Below are positions 26,301-39,438 of a DNA stretch of 64,000 nt, piece after piece. A program made the translations under genes and the position numbers. Within the stretch, counting starts at the first letter, position 1. Every line of letters begins with the position of its first letter. Origin of the DNA: Nymphaea colorata (taxonomy: Eukaryota); contig NC_045138.2 of assembly GCF_008831285.2 (NCBI RefSeq), forward strand, positions 37,448,001-37,512,000, given 5' to 3'. The notes under the pieces are model-generated. The model saw only the letters and a list, made by a program, of their open reading frames with translations, was not told where the DNA came from and ran no database searches.

Positions 26301-29300
26301 GCAAAAAATTAAGTAGTTCAAAAGTTAGGGATGGCAACTGAGATTTCTGCGGACTAGAAATACAAGTAGATTGGGACCTGTTGCAAGTTTATTAATGCAG
26401 ATGAAGTTAGAAACACAACGTTCAAATAACTTGTTGACAGTAGAAATGAAATACATCAGAAACCAAGAAAGGCTAAACTTACTGGATGTCACTGAAATTG
26501 CAGATATGAGAGGGCCATAAACTCCTTTTGATGGAACTGAAAGAGTTCCTTTGCCTGCCCAGTAGAAACTGATTTCCAGAGTGTCTGTCACGTTCACATT
26601 GAAACTCTTGATGACTTTCCTTCCTGGGCCACCAGCTTCACTTTCAACGTTGAAATCCTTCAATACTATTTGGCGCTGCATGTGGAGATCACAGAGTGAG
26701 AACATCATTCTCTCTATTAATTATCGCTTGGGAAGTGCAATGGGCAGAATGATCACCTGAATGTATACATCAAATACACGCTCTCCAAGACTGCTAAAAG
26801 TTTTGTCATCAGTGAACATTATCTCTGCAAAGTGAAGTTGCACATTGTAGCTCCCACTCTGTAGGCAAAGGCCATAATATGTCATGGTGATTGACGTAGT
26901 ACGTGCTGCCATGTATAGTGTTGGATCATTGAACAACAGTCTCGTTTGGTTGGATTTGATGTAGTTGACTCTGCCAGCATCCATGAACCACCCAGTGCTA
27001 CTGAGGGCCCAGTTCGCATTTTTACTAATGAAGTAAGTGGAGTCCCCATTCTGTTCCATGTCTGCTTCATATGTAATCCCATCAACAGTATATTCCTTTC
27101 CTCCACAATTGATATATAGAGAAGAGTCTGCCAATATCATGTCAGAAATTTAGTCTGCTTGAAAATGCATGGTAACAATGCGGTCACCAACTAGGTTAAA
27201 GCTCCAAACAATTTGATAGTTCATATAATTATACTCACATTTAGATGAACCAGAGCAGGGAAAATCCTTTTGAACACAGTTAGGCACTCTAAGAGAAAAA
27301 ATGACATTGTCAGCATTGTCCGCTTGCTTGGACTGTCTTAACTTTTAAATATGGCGAAAATTTTCTTGGTAAACATAAGGTGCTTATTTTTATCTCAAGT
27401 ATTCATACTCAGGGAATGGAGACGGAACTTACGAGTTGCCACTTGTGGAAGAAAAGCTGGACAGCATGTTTCTGAATAGATACAAAAGAACACATCAATT
27501 TCGTTAATGAATGCCAAAGGCCACCTAAAGCATCTGAGAAATCCAACAATGACAAATGTGTAACTTACAGATTCCCTGGTGAGCAAGCCGTTGCTAAGAT
27601 TTCTCCAGAAAAGTCATTATTTGATATATCCCTGCAAGGCAATCAGAGTAGTGATTTTCCATAAAGCATGTTACATGCTGTCGCTGTAAATGGATGCCCA
27701 TCATTATAGCTAAAATAATGGGTGCAATCAACTTTGGACGTACTTTTTACACAAATTACTCAGCAAGGTTATCATGGACATTCTGTTCTATTTAACAGAG
27801 GGATATGGACACAAAGGTAACTTAGTAAAAATTCAAGATGATAAAGGGGACATACACATTGCTGTTGCTAGTATAGATCCACCCAGGTAGTGGTCCAGTC
27901 AGCTTGTTATTGCTAAGGAACCTACATTAAAGGAGTACATTATTTTCCAGTGTGCCAAAGGAAACACTAATAGCAGAAAAAAAGGGGGAGGGGAGAAGGA
28001 CATGAGGCTAATCTCTGCCATAAAAAACTCACAAATCTTTCATGTTTGATAAACTAGAAAATTGTGGTGGAATTTTCCCAGTCAAGTTGTTGAATGACAG
28101 GTCCCTGCACACAAATAGGAAAGAGCCAAGGGCTTTACCATCATAAACTGGATTGCTGGAAGGTCATGCTTTACATGCTTTTACTTTTTCATACTCAAAA
28201 GCCATCTTGAATACAGATCATCCAAAAGAAAAGTTAAAACATTTTGGCGGCCCTCTATTTGATTTGATGTCATTAGCCAGCTGCTGAAGAACTTTAAAAT
28301 TGTCAGTTATAGGAACATCATGTGCATTATTTAAAGGGCATCTTCTAGAAGCGGCTTCTCCTCGTGTATCGTAGAAATTGATTAAATGACATAAGATACC
28401 TATTCTAATTAGGTCGAGAAAGCATGTTTCTGTTTAAAGTTTATTTTTCATTATATGAAACTCACAGAACTTGTAGCTTCGTCATGCTCCAGATGTATGA
28501 TGGAATTGGACCTGAAATTGAGCAATTCCTCAGCACCCTGCACAGTGCACGCATGTTAATGGCAAATGAGAATAGAATTACACGCCTGACAAGGATATTT
28601 CTTTTGATGAGGACTTTACAATGCCTTCAGCTGTGTCAAATTCTGTAGAGGTGGAAAGCTTGAACTTGGTCCACGTAACTCGCTAATTCTCCTGAAGATA
28701 AAGCAAAAGTAGTTCACTCCGTTTGCTGAATGTAAAATTAAGATTTGTAAGACTGTAAATGAACCGTCGAAATTTAGAGTTGCAGTGGTAGTTGAAAGAA
28801 CATATATCCGAAGAAAACAAAAATTGGAATGACTCAATCTAGTTTCTTGGTATAGCATCAGACTTCAACGGAAGAGCTCAGAAGAAAGGGGAGTTCCACT
28901 TACAGTTCGATCAAACTCCCCATAGCAGAAATGCTAGGAGGTAGGGGTCCTTCCAAGGACGTACCCATTATCATCCTGGTTCAGTTCACAGAAAAAACTA
29001 CATCAGACAACGAGAAGTTAAGAGAGAAGACATTGTAAAAGTGATTGGGAAGTGAACTCTATGATTCAAGGCAACCAATTCTCAGTCAGTAGAACCAGAT
29101 CTAGCTATCCTTCCGTTTAATTGAATGTAGGTGACCGGAAAGAGAAAGACATGATTAAACCACCAAAACTCAGTACAGTCAGATGCTGTGATCCTCCCCT
29201 TGAATTTGAGTGGTCCAAGCCCCGGGATCGAATCAATCTAACTTGCCAGGCCGCACCAAACCTTGCAACTAACATGGCTGGGTTCCTTCTAAGTTCTACA

Positions 29301-31274
29301 GAATACCAACTCTCAAATTTTAGTAAATCTATTTTCTACTTGCTCAAATGCATGCTTACAAGTATCGAATCTGGGTCCAGTTGTGAAAGATATCGGGTAT
29401 GCTTCCAGTGAAGTTGCTCCCGCTGATCCGGCTGCAGATACAAGAACGAACAATAAGATTTTTCTGTTTCTCATGGAAGAATAGGGACGGTACTAACGCC
29501 TAATTACATAACTGCGGTGGGTAGCCCCAACCCTACAGTCGCAGACACAGAAAATACAATACAAACCGTTGGAGCCAGATTTAATATGAAACTGCAGCAT
29601 CTTTGGCACATATATGAAAAATATGTAGTCCTTTATTGAAGATATGGCGCACTTACATGTCATTCAAGTTTACCAACTTAGACAATGTTGAAGGCAGCTC
29701 TCCTGTAAACTGGTTGGAATTAAGAGTCCTGCATGAAAGGCCAGTTTTTAGCTGAATACTATTCTAATTCAAGGCCTTAACCTGACCGACGATGAGCCTA
29801 AGTTGGCAAATAACGTAAGGTATTTGGGCAGCATGACCAAGATAAGTTTCAATTCTTCTTTATACATTTCAATTTCCAAGATGATTGTTAAACAAAGGGT
29901 TCCACGTACAAGATGAGCAGTTCTTAACATTCCGCTAAGTATATGCTGTAACGCTTGTGAAAGAAAATTACTGAAAATTAAAATGAAAAATAGAATATAC
30001 CATCTATTTAACATGGTCAAATTTCCAAGCTCTGGAGGAAGAGTTCCAGCGAGCTTGTTTGCTTCCAAAGTCCTGCATCGCAAGTGGACAAACACAGAAA
30101 ATGTTGAGGTAAAAGACAATTTGGATATCAGAGAAGCAAGTATATCATGGATATTTGGTACTTGCATGTCTTGAAGTGTGGTGATATTTCCAAGCTCCTT
30201 AGGAATCGGACCCGAAAAGCGATTAACCATTAGGGACCTAGAGAATTTTCAAATGATCATAATCAATTTCAAGAAATAAAGTAGTAGTTATATTACCTGG
30301 CTTGAATAGACTTAATGCTGTGGTGCTTGATCACAATAAACTATTTGTCTCATAATTTAATATAGACTTGCAAACAATTCAAAGCTAGATAACACCAAGA
30401 AGTTAATCCCATGGGATGAACTAAGTCCTTCCCGGTCCCTGGTATGGGGCAAGTAAAGTAACATGCAATCATGACTATGGTGTCACGTGGCATGAAAGTC
30501 GGACATATGGTGGCCTTGTCCACGGCAAAGCATATGGCATCTTCAGATCATCAACGCTTTCTTCAGTCTTTAAGGTGATGGTGAGCGATAGATGGTTTAT
30601 CGTAAATGAAGAAACTGCAGAGGGACTAGTTGAGCTTACAGGCGAACCAATGGCAAGGAACCCCAAGTAATCGGAATGGTGCCACTTAGATAATTACGCG
30701 TTACATCACTGTTAGACACAAAAATCCACTTGTTAGCCACAAGCATAGATACCAGGGAATACAAAAGGACATACGACGGAATGTGTGAAGGAAAATGAAC
30801 GTTTTCAAAATATTTAGTTTAGCAGAGGCGAAGTAATGAGATATGGCAAGTGAATGTTCGAAAAGAAAAAAGAAGTGGGCTTTCTTGTAACTACAGTCAT
30901 AACTTTTAGTCCTCCATGCATTAATATAGCCCCATAGTCTAGTCAGTACAATTGGCAATATATGGACCGAATCGGGCATTGACAGACTCGCTGCTTAAAC
31001 CCGAGTTGAGTACTACATCAGGATCCGCCCAAAATTATTCATGATCCGACTGTAGTTTTTGTATCGATTTTGTTGAATCGAGTACCAAAAACAGAACGAT
31101 CCATCCTCATTGCCAACGACAAGAACATGCCAAGATCACTAAAACGTATGAACAAGTGAAGGACGGCTTACAATGTCTGGAGGAATTTGAGGATGCTGAG
31201 CTCTTCGGGAAGTACTCCTGCTAAATTTTGACCCTTCAGTTCTCTGGTTCACACAAGGATATGTTAACTAAGAT

Positions 31275-31318
<44 letters not shown>

Positions 31319-33752
31319 TACATCGCAACAATGTGGCAGAGAGTTCCATTGGCAAAAGTGCAGTTGCATGTGACGCGGTTGAGACTCGATTTGGCAGCGT
31401 CAGCTGTGACCCAACCACCTTTCCCTGAGCATGGGTCCACGCTAAAGTTCCAATCCTTCTTCCCCAACTTACTCGCAATGGCTTTGAGAGCAGCAACTGT
31501 GTGAGCAACACGGGGGTAATGGTGAGTAAGTAGCAATCAATGCACAAGAATACACGTACGCCAAGTCGGCCGTTTTCTTTCATCTTGTTCCTTCTATTGC
31601 TCTTCTCTTATATAAAAATTAAGAAATATTCGAACCAATTACCTCGACGATAGGCTCCTAGCGATGTATTTATTATATCACTTAGTGATTTGATAATACC
31701 AAATATGCGTCCAAATTATTGGGCTGCAATCAGTAATGTTGGTCGATACCCATTATGCCATTATGGCATATTTTTTGTTTTTTCGTTTTAAACGAAAACT
31801 AATTCAAATTGGTTTAAAATCCAATTAGTAGAAGATTTTCAAATTCGAGACGACATTCATAATTTTTTTTTTTAGGATGAGCGATAATAAAAAGATTGAA
31901 TTAGATAAAAAGAAGTTACACCGAGGACGAAATTATTAGTCTCCGCTATCTCAGATTTTCTCGTCCTGAATGGATGTCGCCTTCTCCAGATGGATTCATA
32001 TGGGCTCCTGATAATCATAATATGATATGAGGCCCGTCGCTAGTTCGACGGACGCTAGAAACAACTCCTTGCGAGTGCCGCAGGCATATGGGAAAGAGAT
32101 TGATGCGATGGGCCAGCTAAGTGGCGCACAGTAACAGCTCGACTCTCATAGCCATCTCTCTTTCTAGAAGCCTAAAGCTAAGCAATTTTTTTCTCAGAAT
32201 AAAGGAGTTTTACTGGTGTTCTCGTGGGAGTTTCGGGGTCAAATTTCTCTTTTCTCAGTTGATCAAAAGAAAGGAAGATGGAGAGCCACCAGAACAGAAA
32301 ACAAGCTTTCTAATCTGAGGTCCGCCAGCTTTCTAGTGCCGTAATGAAGGAAGATTCCTCGCCCAATTTGATCTAGATGGAAGACCGTTCTTAATTATAT
32401 CATAATTAAGGCGAGAGGCATTAATTAAGAACAAAAATCCGGACTCTTCAGTCGAAACCCTCCTGGATCCAACTAAAAAACCAGAAAGATAGCAGAAGAA
32501 GTAGATTGAACTATGATAGTAAAACAAGGATGTAATGCTTTGTAGTTGGATGAGTTATGGGTATTGTAAGGCATAGATGGGAGAGACGTGCCAACTCGGG
32601 TAATCTGACTGACTCCCTAAAATTTCATGGAAGCTTATAATTCACCCTCACAAGTTATCAAAATAGAATTTAATATTGTGCTGATCCACATGAATAAATT
32701 TCAACACGCTTTCTGCCTGGTTCTTGAACCGTGTGCATGGTTGATCCATCCACTAGCAAACAAACGAAGGACAAACCAAGAGACTAACTTTTCATTTTTA
32801 TATGATTTTAATAAATTGATAGTGGTCTACCAAACTACAGAAAGAAATAAAATAAAAGTTAATTTTGTACCGTCTCAACTCAACTTAGAGTATTCCACTT
32901 ATGAGAAACAGCCAATTTCAATCAAGTAGGTGATAAACCAACATGGCCGATTAAAGAGGGACACATGTCAAGTACTGATTACTTTTAAAGACTTTATTTT
33001 TCTATTTTTAAATTAGTTTTCATGCAACTTTTCATTTTTTACCATTTCCAACCGATTCACAGCCAATAAAACTCTGGTTCCAGGCAATAAAACTTGCCTT
33101 GAACGACATTTTTATCCGTGAACAAATAAAGAAGACTCCGAATTTTGAAAAGACTTCGACGAAATATAAAATAGAAAATAGAAAAAAATTGTTATGCCAT
33201 GGTATTTTAGAAGTATGCGCCGTTTACGAGTGTAATGCGAAACGTAGCGAGCACGATAACTTCGCGGCATGGAAACAGTGAAAATGTCGGCGACGTCCAT
33301 GTGCAACGCAGCAATTTTGAAATGACTAAAACATCCTCAGTGAGCAACAGTAAGTTCGTCGTGTGGGTCCAGAAATAACAAAAGCGCCCCTAGCATGCGA
33401 GGAAAATATTTCCAAGCGATCTCCGAATCTCTCACCCAGGAAAGATTTTCCCATACAGGCCAAGCTCCAATCGACAGACCGGCAATCGGGCAAGTTATAA
33501 CCACGAGAAAATTCTCACGTTCACCACACTCGTTAGGAGGGAAAAAGAAAGAAAACCAAACCATGCGACGCGAAATTCGCTTCCTAGTAAAATCCTGGAG
33601 GAAATCAAAGGGAAAATATCACCTTCTTCGACGGGGAGCTTCGCGGCTGCGGATCTGAAGTTCCGCCCGGGATTCATCGCTAGAAGCAAGAAGAGGACGG
33701 CGATGGAAGAAAGGAGGAGTCTGAAGAAGGCGCCCTCCCGGATTCCCTCCAT
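23314..33752 (-). CDS. Gene C: LRR-malectin receptor-like kinase, complete, 24 exons, about 1034 aa
   Basis: Exons: 33752-33623 ([10 protein letters not shown]...), 31496-31322, 31243-31172, 30708-30640, 30237-30166 (GC donor), 30072-30001, 29728-29657, 29431-29360, 28975-28904, 28691-28620, 28537-28466, 28104-28033, 27921-27856, 27631-27569, 27471-27433, 27288-27239, 27127-26757, 26675-26483, 26298-26143 (TM), 25781-25663, 25563-25353, 24921-24681, 23993-23843, 23736-23314. Total 3105 nt, in frame. Core kinase motifs are intact. Confidence 0.95.
31274..31318. repeat. (TA)n(GA)n compound microsatellite inside the 78-nt intron 2 of gene C
   Basis: Directly visible, abutting the donor at 31321. 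Confidence 0.9.
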
Positions 33753-33978
33753 ATCAACGCCCCAGGAAGAAAATGCCCCGGAAAAGCAATTGATCTTTCC
33801 GGAGAGTAAGTGAGAAAAGAGGCGTCTGTTTACCTCAGAATCTGAACAACATGTTCAGGTTAAGAGAAAGCGAGCTGGAGAAGGTTTCATTGAGAGGGTG
33901 GGGTAAGTGGTTTTCCGCCGAGCAGAAGAAGCGAAGAGCGATCGAGCATCCCGCGCTTCACGAAGGGGAAGTGGCGGA

Positions 33979-33986
33979 CTTATATA
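33979..33986 (-). promoter_or_regulatory. Putative TATA box of gene C
   Basis: TATATAAG on the minus strand, about 230 bp upstream of the ATG and followed by CT-rich 5'UTR-like sequence. Confidence 0.4.
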
Positions 33987-34967
33987 CAGTCGGTAAATTA
34001 GAATGAAAAACTCAATTTGAGATTATTACATAAAGGGGATTCACAGTCCTGATATTTCGTCCCACCGCGTGACTGTTCTCTCGGTGGCCCTGGAATTAGG
34101 ACCCGCTTTTGCTGAGTCCAAATCGCTTTAGCAGGACCATCACGTGGAAAAGAATGAGTTTTATAGAAAAAAAGAACGTCACATATATATATATATATGT
34201 TTATGCTACCTTAAATAGGGAAATTATACCAAAAAAATAACATCTCCCGTGTTTGGTCTTTTGGGTTTATCCATACCTATGTGGTAAAGCGTTTATGTTT
34301 TAAGCTTAGCTGCTTTGATTAGGCAGTTCGATCTATGATTATTTTTCATGGATCCATCCAGTTCGATCTATGATTATTTTTGGGCTGCCCACACCAGCTA
34401 TAATGTAGCTCTACTACTGGCTTTCTCTTTCTTTTCACTCCTTCGAGAGACGAATTTGGAAGGAGCACAATAATAAGATTTTCAGAGAGATACCATTGCA
34501 TCAGTAGACTCAGTTAGCTACGTGATGAAAGCTGATGTGCATCTGGCACTCTGCCTTCGCCAGCGCTTGGGTTTGGCCTCAGACTAGCATTTCACTTTCT
34601 CTCTTGTTCTCCTGCTTTTGCTCTCTCTTTTAATTTTTCTGTCTTCTTTTTCTTCTTCCTTAATTTTTCTGTCTTCTTCTTTCTCCACTTCTTCTTCGTC
34701 TTCGTTTGTTCGCTTCTTGGAATGCTTTATTTTCTCTTGTCTTTTTGCCGACTTGTTGTGTTCTTTAGTGACTATTGGTCACTCAATTTTGTTAATGAAT
34801 TTTCATTTCGTAGGCCCTTCTACGGGGGCTTCCATTTTAGTTGCAAAGGCATTTTTTTGTCATTTTCAGCCTCGAGCGCATAGCCTGAAAGTGAAAACGT
34901 ATAAACTGCTTAGAGGATATAGTATTTTTAATGTAAAAACTAAAAAGTTGACAAATTCGACCGGGAG

Positions 34968-35157
34968 CATGGCGGAGCCAAGGTAAGGGCCTCATGGGCT
35001 CTCGCCCCACCTCAATTTAAAAAAAAAAAAATCATGCAAATTTTAGAAAATTTCACTTGTTTTATATAAAAATCTAAAAAAATGATATTTTGATCTTAGT
35101 TAAAATTTAAAAACTTTAATTTATTCCCTTCATAAAAAAATTCTGGCTCTGCTCCTG
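34968..35157. mobile_element. MITE, hAT-like with CAGGGGCGGAGCCA-type termini, in the C/D divergent intergenic region
   Basis: Left end CATGGCGGAGCCA and right end TGGCTCTGCTCCTG are degenerate inverted repeats around a very AT-rich core. No clear TSD remains. Confidence 0.55.
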
Positions 35158-35622
35158 TCAAGAAATGCAGCACAACTGATATATATCAGTAGCTACTAAT
35201 CTTTAGTTCGACCCATTCTTTTTGTGCTAAAGAGAAATGGAAACATGTATAGTGCAGGTTTAACCTTAGCATTAATAATCCCAGCTCTTGACCTTCAAAA
35301 TGGGGGGAAGAAGGGGAGCTACTAATCTCATATTGAATGAAAATATAAAATATTCTTACCACTCAACCAAAAACAAATTCAAGCGATACAATAATGAGGT
35401 GCAAAGCGTGTAAAAAACTAAATCCAATAAATGCATAATAGATAAAGTTTTTTTAGTCAAATGCAGCCATAAAATGCGAGCTTTCACACCTCCATTGGCA
35501 GGCAATACAGCTGAATTTTCTCAACCATTTTCTTGTGAAACAGCGGCCTCCCATTGGTATTGACAACTCTCTATTATTTTGGCTCATAGACGCTTCTCTC
35601 AATATTCAAACTCCTCTTTATG

Positions 35623-35671
<49 letters not shown>
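35623..35671. repeat. (TTA)n(TA)n microsatellite
   Basis: Directly visible. Confidence 0.9.
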
Positions 35672-35672
<1 letters not shown>

Positions 35673-36810
35673 ACCAAAATGCGTGCATTGGTTTAGTGGA
35701 ACACCTTCTTCCTATGAGGAAGAAAATTTTCTCCTTGTAAAATTACATAAGTACCCTTTTGATAAAATGTGAGAACATATTTTCCTATGTTTGCGTAACA
35801 TGGAATGCGCTCCAATTTGAACGTGGGATTGTGTGAATATTGTATAAACACTTCAAACTTAACTTCACATTTTTTTACAATTCCTTCCAACGTCTTCCGC
35901 TTTTATGAATTGCTTCTTAAGAAAAGGACCAACTTCGTTTTCCTGAGACGGGTTCGCCCGATCAACGCTCATCTTTGAAGTCAATTCACGAAAATGACAG
36001 CTTTATCCTTGCCGTCGCTTTCAATATGGATCCCCAACCCCTTGAATGTGACTGGAACCGGACACGGCGACCAAGTTTCCGGGCCATGGATCGCGGGTCG
36101 AGATTCAAATCATTGATTTTCGTGGATCCATTCACTTCCTGGATCTAGAAAATCCGGAAGCCATAATTTGGCTCAAAGCTCTAGGCGCCTGTTTGGACCC
36201 GAGTATGAACTATGAAACTCGACTCAAGGATGTAAGAAAGTAGGATTATCCCGGATAAATTCATTTTGGTTATACGTTAAATGAATCTTCAATAATTTTA
36301 CGCTGTCCTTTTTGTACAAGCTCCACCCTACTTCGTCCCGGACAAAATAGTCTGGATAAAGTTATCATCATGGTCCTGGTCCTCCGATCGAGTCAACATC
36401 TAACTGAGACTTTTCTCAACGACATTAATTTTCTCCTCGAGAAAGTTTCTGAGCCTCTGATGGCCGCCCGTTCATACGTCTATACCCAAGCAAATGAGCG
36501 CGTGGGTCCGCGGCGGAGATGTGAAAATTGTGCAGGGAGCACATGCTTCTAAACTGATATGACTAGAACAAATGTTGTTTAACATATGTTATCGTATGAA
36601 ATATATTTGCAAACATTACGATTTATCGGCCGGATCTTCTGACTTTTGGTATTGAGTTGAACGCGGTTCCAGATCAGGTTAACAATTTACGAATTTCGTT
36701 TGGATATGAATATAATACGGCCAAACAAAGCTGCAAAAGTCTCCACGCGACATTTGGTTCTGATATTTATAGCCCTAGATGACCGGAATATCGTGTAGTC
36801 AAATTCAATC

Positions 36811-36965
36811 AGTCGAGCTCAGTCAACTCAGGTTCGATTCAAACTCACTCGATTAAGCGAGTAAAGCTCGAGTTGATCCTGTGAAACTTAACTCAAGTTT
36901 AAGCTGAGCAATATTGAGTCGAGCCCGTTGAGATCAAGCTTGACTCGACTCATGTACAACCTTTA
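36811..36965. mobile_element. hAT-like MITE remnant (right end)
   Basis: Dense CTCGA/TCGAG/GAGTC short repeats ending in GACTCATGTACAACCTTTA, which resembles the reverse complement of a TAGGGxTGTAxAxGAG terminus. The left end was not identified. Confidence 0.45.
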
Positions 36966-39438
36966 CTAATAATAACAGACTTAGCAATCCCAGTAATGAC
37001 GAGATCGCATGTAGAAAGATAAACAAAAGTGCACATCCAATTCTAAATGCTTCGCATAATTTGGAGTCACTTGTGACATTTACTTGTGGAGTTCTAAATC
37101 AATGTAAATGCTTGAAGTGAAGGCATTTCACCTTGTTAATTTTTCTCTCTGAACTAGACAACGGGTTAAGCAATTTTATATTTATATATATATATATATA
37201 GCGGCGGGTTGCCGCTACTGTAAACGCGGTAACAGCTGTCAAGCATTGGCCCCCCCCCCGTAGTCATGGTAGTAAGGTCTCATCTCATCCTCTGTTTTTT
37301 AAATGCTTGTACATTTTATATGTGCCTTGCCTTATTTGAAAGTAATCTTCTATAGAATGAGTCAACACACGCGTGTGTGTATATATATATATATATATAT
37401 ACATGAATCATTGTATTTGATTTTGATTAGAATCTTCTTAAACCATTGATTAAGTTTCAAATATAAAAGCTGAGTTATTTTTTCAAAAATATGAGCGAGA
37501 AAAACGTCTTGTCTTTTTTAAAAGGTATTTCTGACTATTAAAAAATTGATGTTCATATTTATGACTTAATATTCATTACAGAATCGGCAACTTATATAAT
37601 TCCCATCAAGTTTATTATACGAATGTCTGGTAGCTACTTATTTAATTATAAACCAGAAACAGAAGAAGATTTTGGCATACGAGTCATCCACACTAATGAA
37701 TTCCTTGTCACTTTGCTTTGCCAGAATCTTGCAAGTTCCAGAAAATCTCCATAACAGAATATAAAAACGACCAAATCACAAAAACCGGTTGACGAGACCG
37801 TCACCGCGAACGATCCGTCGATTCTTTCCCTTCTTTTTTTCAAAGGGTGCTTGGCCTGAGGCCGTTCCTCCACATCAAGCAAGACGAATCAATTTATGAG
37901 AGTTGTTGGTGATGGTGGGTGAGCAAACGGATCGGACGCAATCCAGATAACTTTATATCCGTATCCATATCTGAATATGAATGTTATTTATATTGACATC
38001 GGTCTATTTGTTGTTTTTAATTTCCTTTACCGTGTTTGACTGGCGAGGTTGTCTATATATTGATAATCCCCTTGTATTTTTTTATAATCCACTAGTTTTC
38101 TTTCCGTCAAAGGGAAACCTAACCACCTTAGCTCTTTCAACTATGTTGGTGTTTGACCAGCTTGAAATAGTGACGTACCTAACATTTCTAGCTGATTCGG
38201 TTCATGCTCTTATCAATGATATGGCTGATATCATATCTAGTGCTCACATTTGGTAAAAACCCAATAAAAATAAAAAAATTAAATGTCGGCTTCATCATTA
38301 GCAATTGGAATTGGGCTTAGTATGCGGAATTAGGCAATCCGGCCTAAAATTATCGGGTATAAAATGTATACATAGATAATAGCATTTTATGATAATTTAA
38401 TACGTTTATTAACTTTTTTTTAAAAAAAAGAAATTGTGTCACTAAAAAGCATCACAAAATATGTAGTTCGTATTATTAAATTTTGATAAAAGAAGAAGAA
38501 AATTTGCCAACATGAGGAAGGAAAATATGATCTCAAGGGGCAACATAGTTGTTTTGACTCACGACGTCATCGTGAATTAGTGACAACTCGGACCGAATTG
38601 ACAGAAGCGCGTTCTAGCTGCATTTTGAAAAACTTTACCGGGTTTTTTTGTTATTATAATAAAATGATTACGTGCTGTGGAAATTAAACGTCTCTTTTAT
38701 CATCATGGGCAATTTCAAGGCTTGGACGGTCTTTGAGCTTATATCCGTTAAATGCTGAAATTTCGAAAAGAATGGGTTCAATTTACATGAATTGCGTGGA
38801 AGGGCACAAGTATCACCATCATTTTCATGATTTGTAAGGTCTGGCCAAGAACTGCTCCTTGGGCTTCCTAGTTCCTGCCTTCACACTCTGCCATGCCATC
38901 CGATACATTTCGTTATGCATGGGATCATATCGCTGTACGTTCTTATCGTTTAAAATTTAAAACTAATTTTAGAGCGATTCAAAAATAAAAATATACCCAT
39001 GTATTATATCGGCAATATATCGGCTGATACGCTTCATGTCGAGAGTTTCTCGCAGCTACTTTCTTGTTATATGTTCTTTTCCTCTTGTCCTTATCCTTTT
39101 TTGACTAGACAAAGTCCATATTATTATTCCTAATTACAGATTTCTAAGCACGTATTTTGACCGAAGACGGGTGGAAAAGAAAGCGTCGGGCGGCAGAATG
39201 TGATAGGGAAAAAGAGACGCCACCTTTCGAAAATAGAAAAACTGTCGGCCGTGTTCAAGAAATTCACGCAACGCAGATCTAGAGGCCCCCGAATGGGAGA
39301 CGGGCTCTCATTTTCAGTCCTCTCCCCATAGAAAAGAAGAAGAAACCAGGTACATAATACATTCCATTCCTCTGTTTCACACGTTTGATGGAATGTGAGC
39401 GGGAAAGGAAAAGGAATCCGTGAAGGAAAAGGGCGAAA

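Noticed and set aside
34560..34800. Lys/Glu-rich reading frame on the minus strand (…NEDEEEVEKEEDRKIKEEEKEDRKIK…)
   Set aside because: Low-complexity purine tract with an internal duplication, bounded by stops, with no start or recognisable domain.
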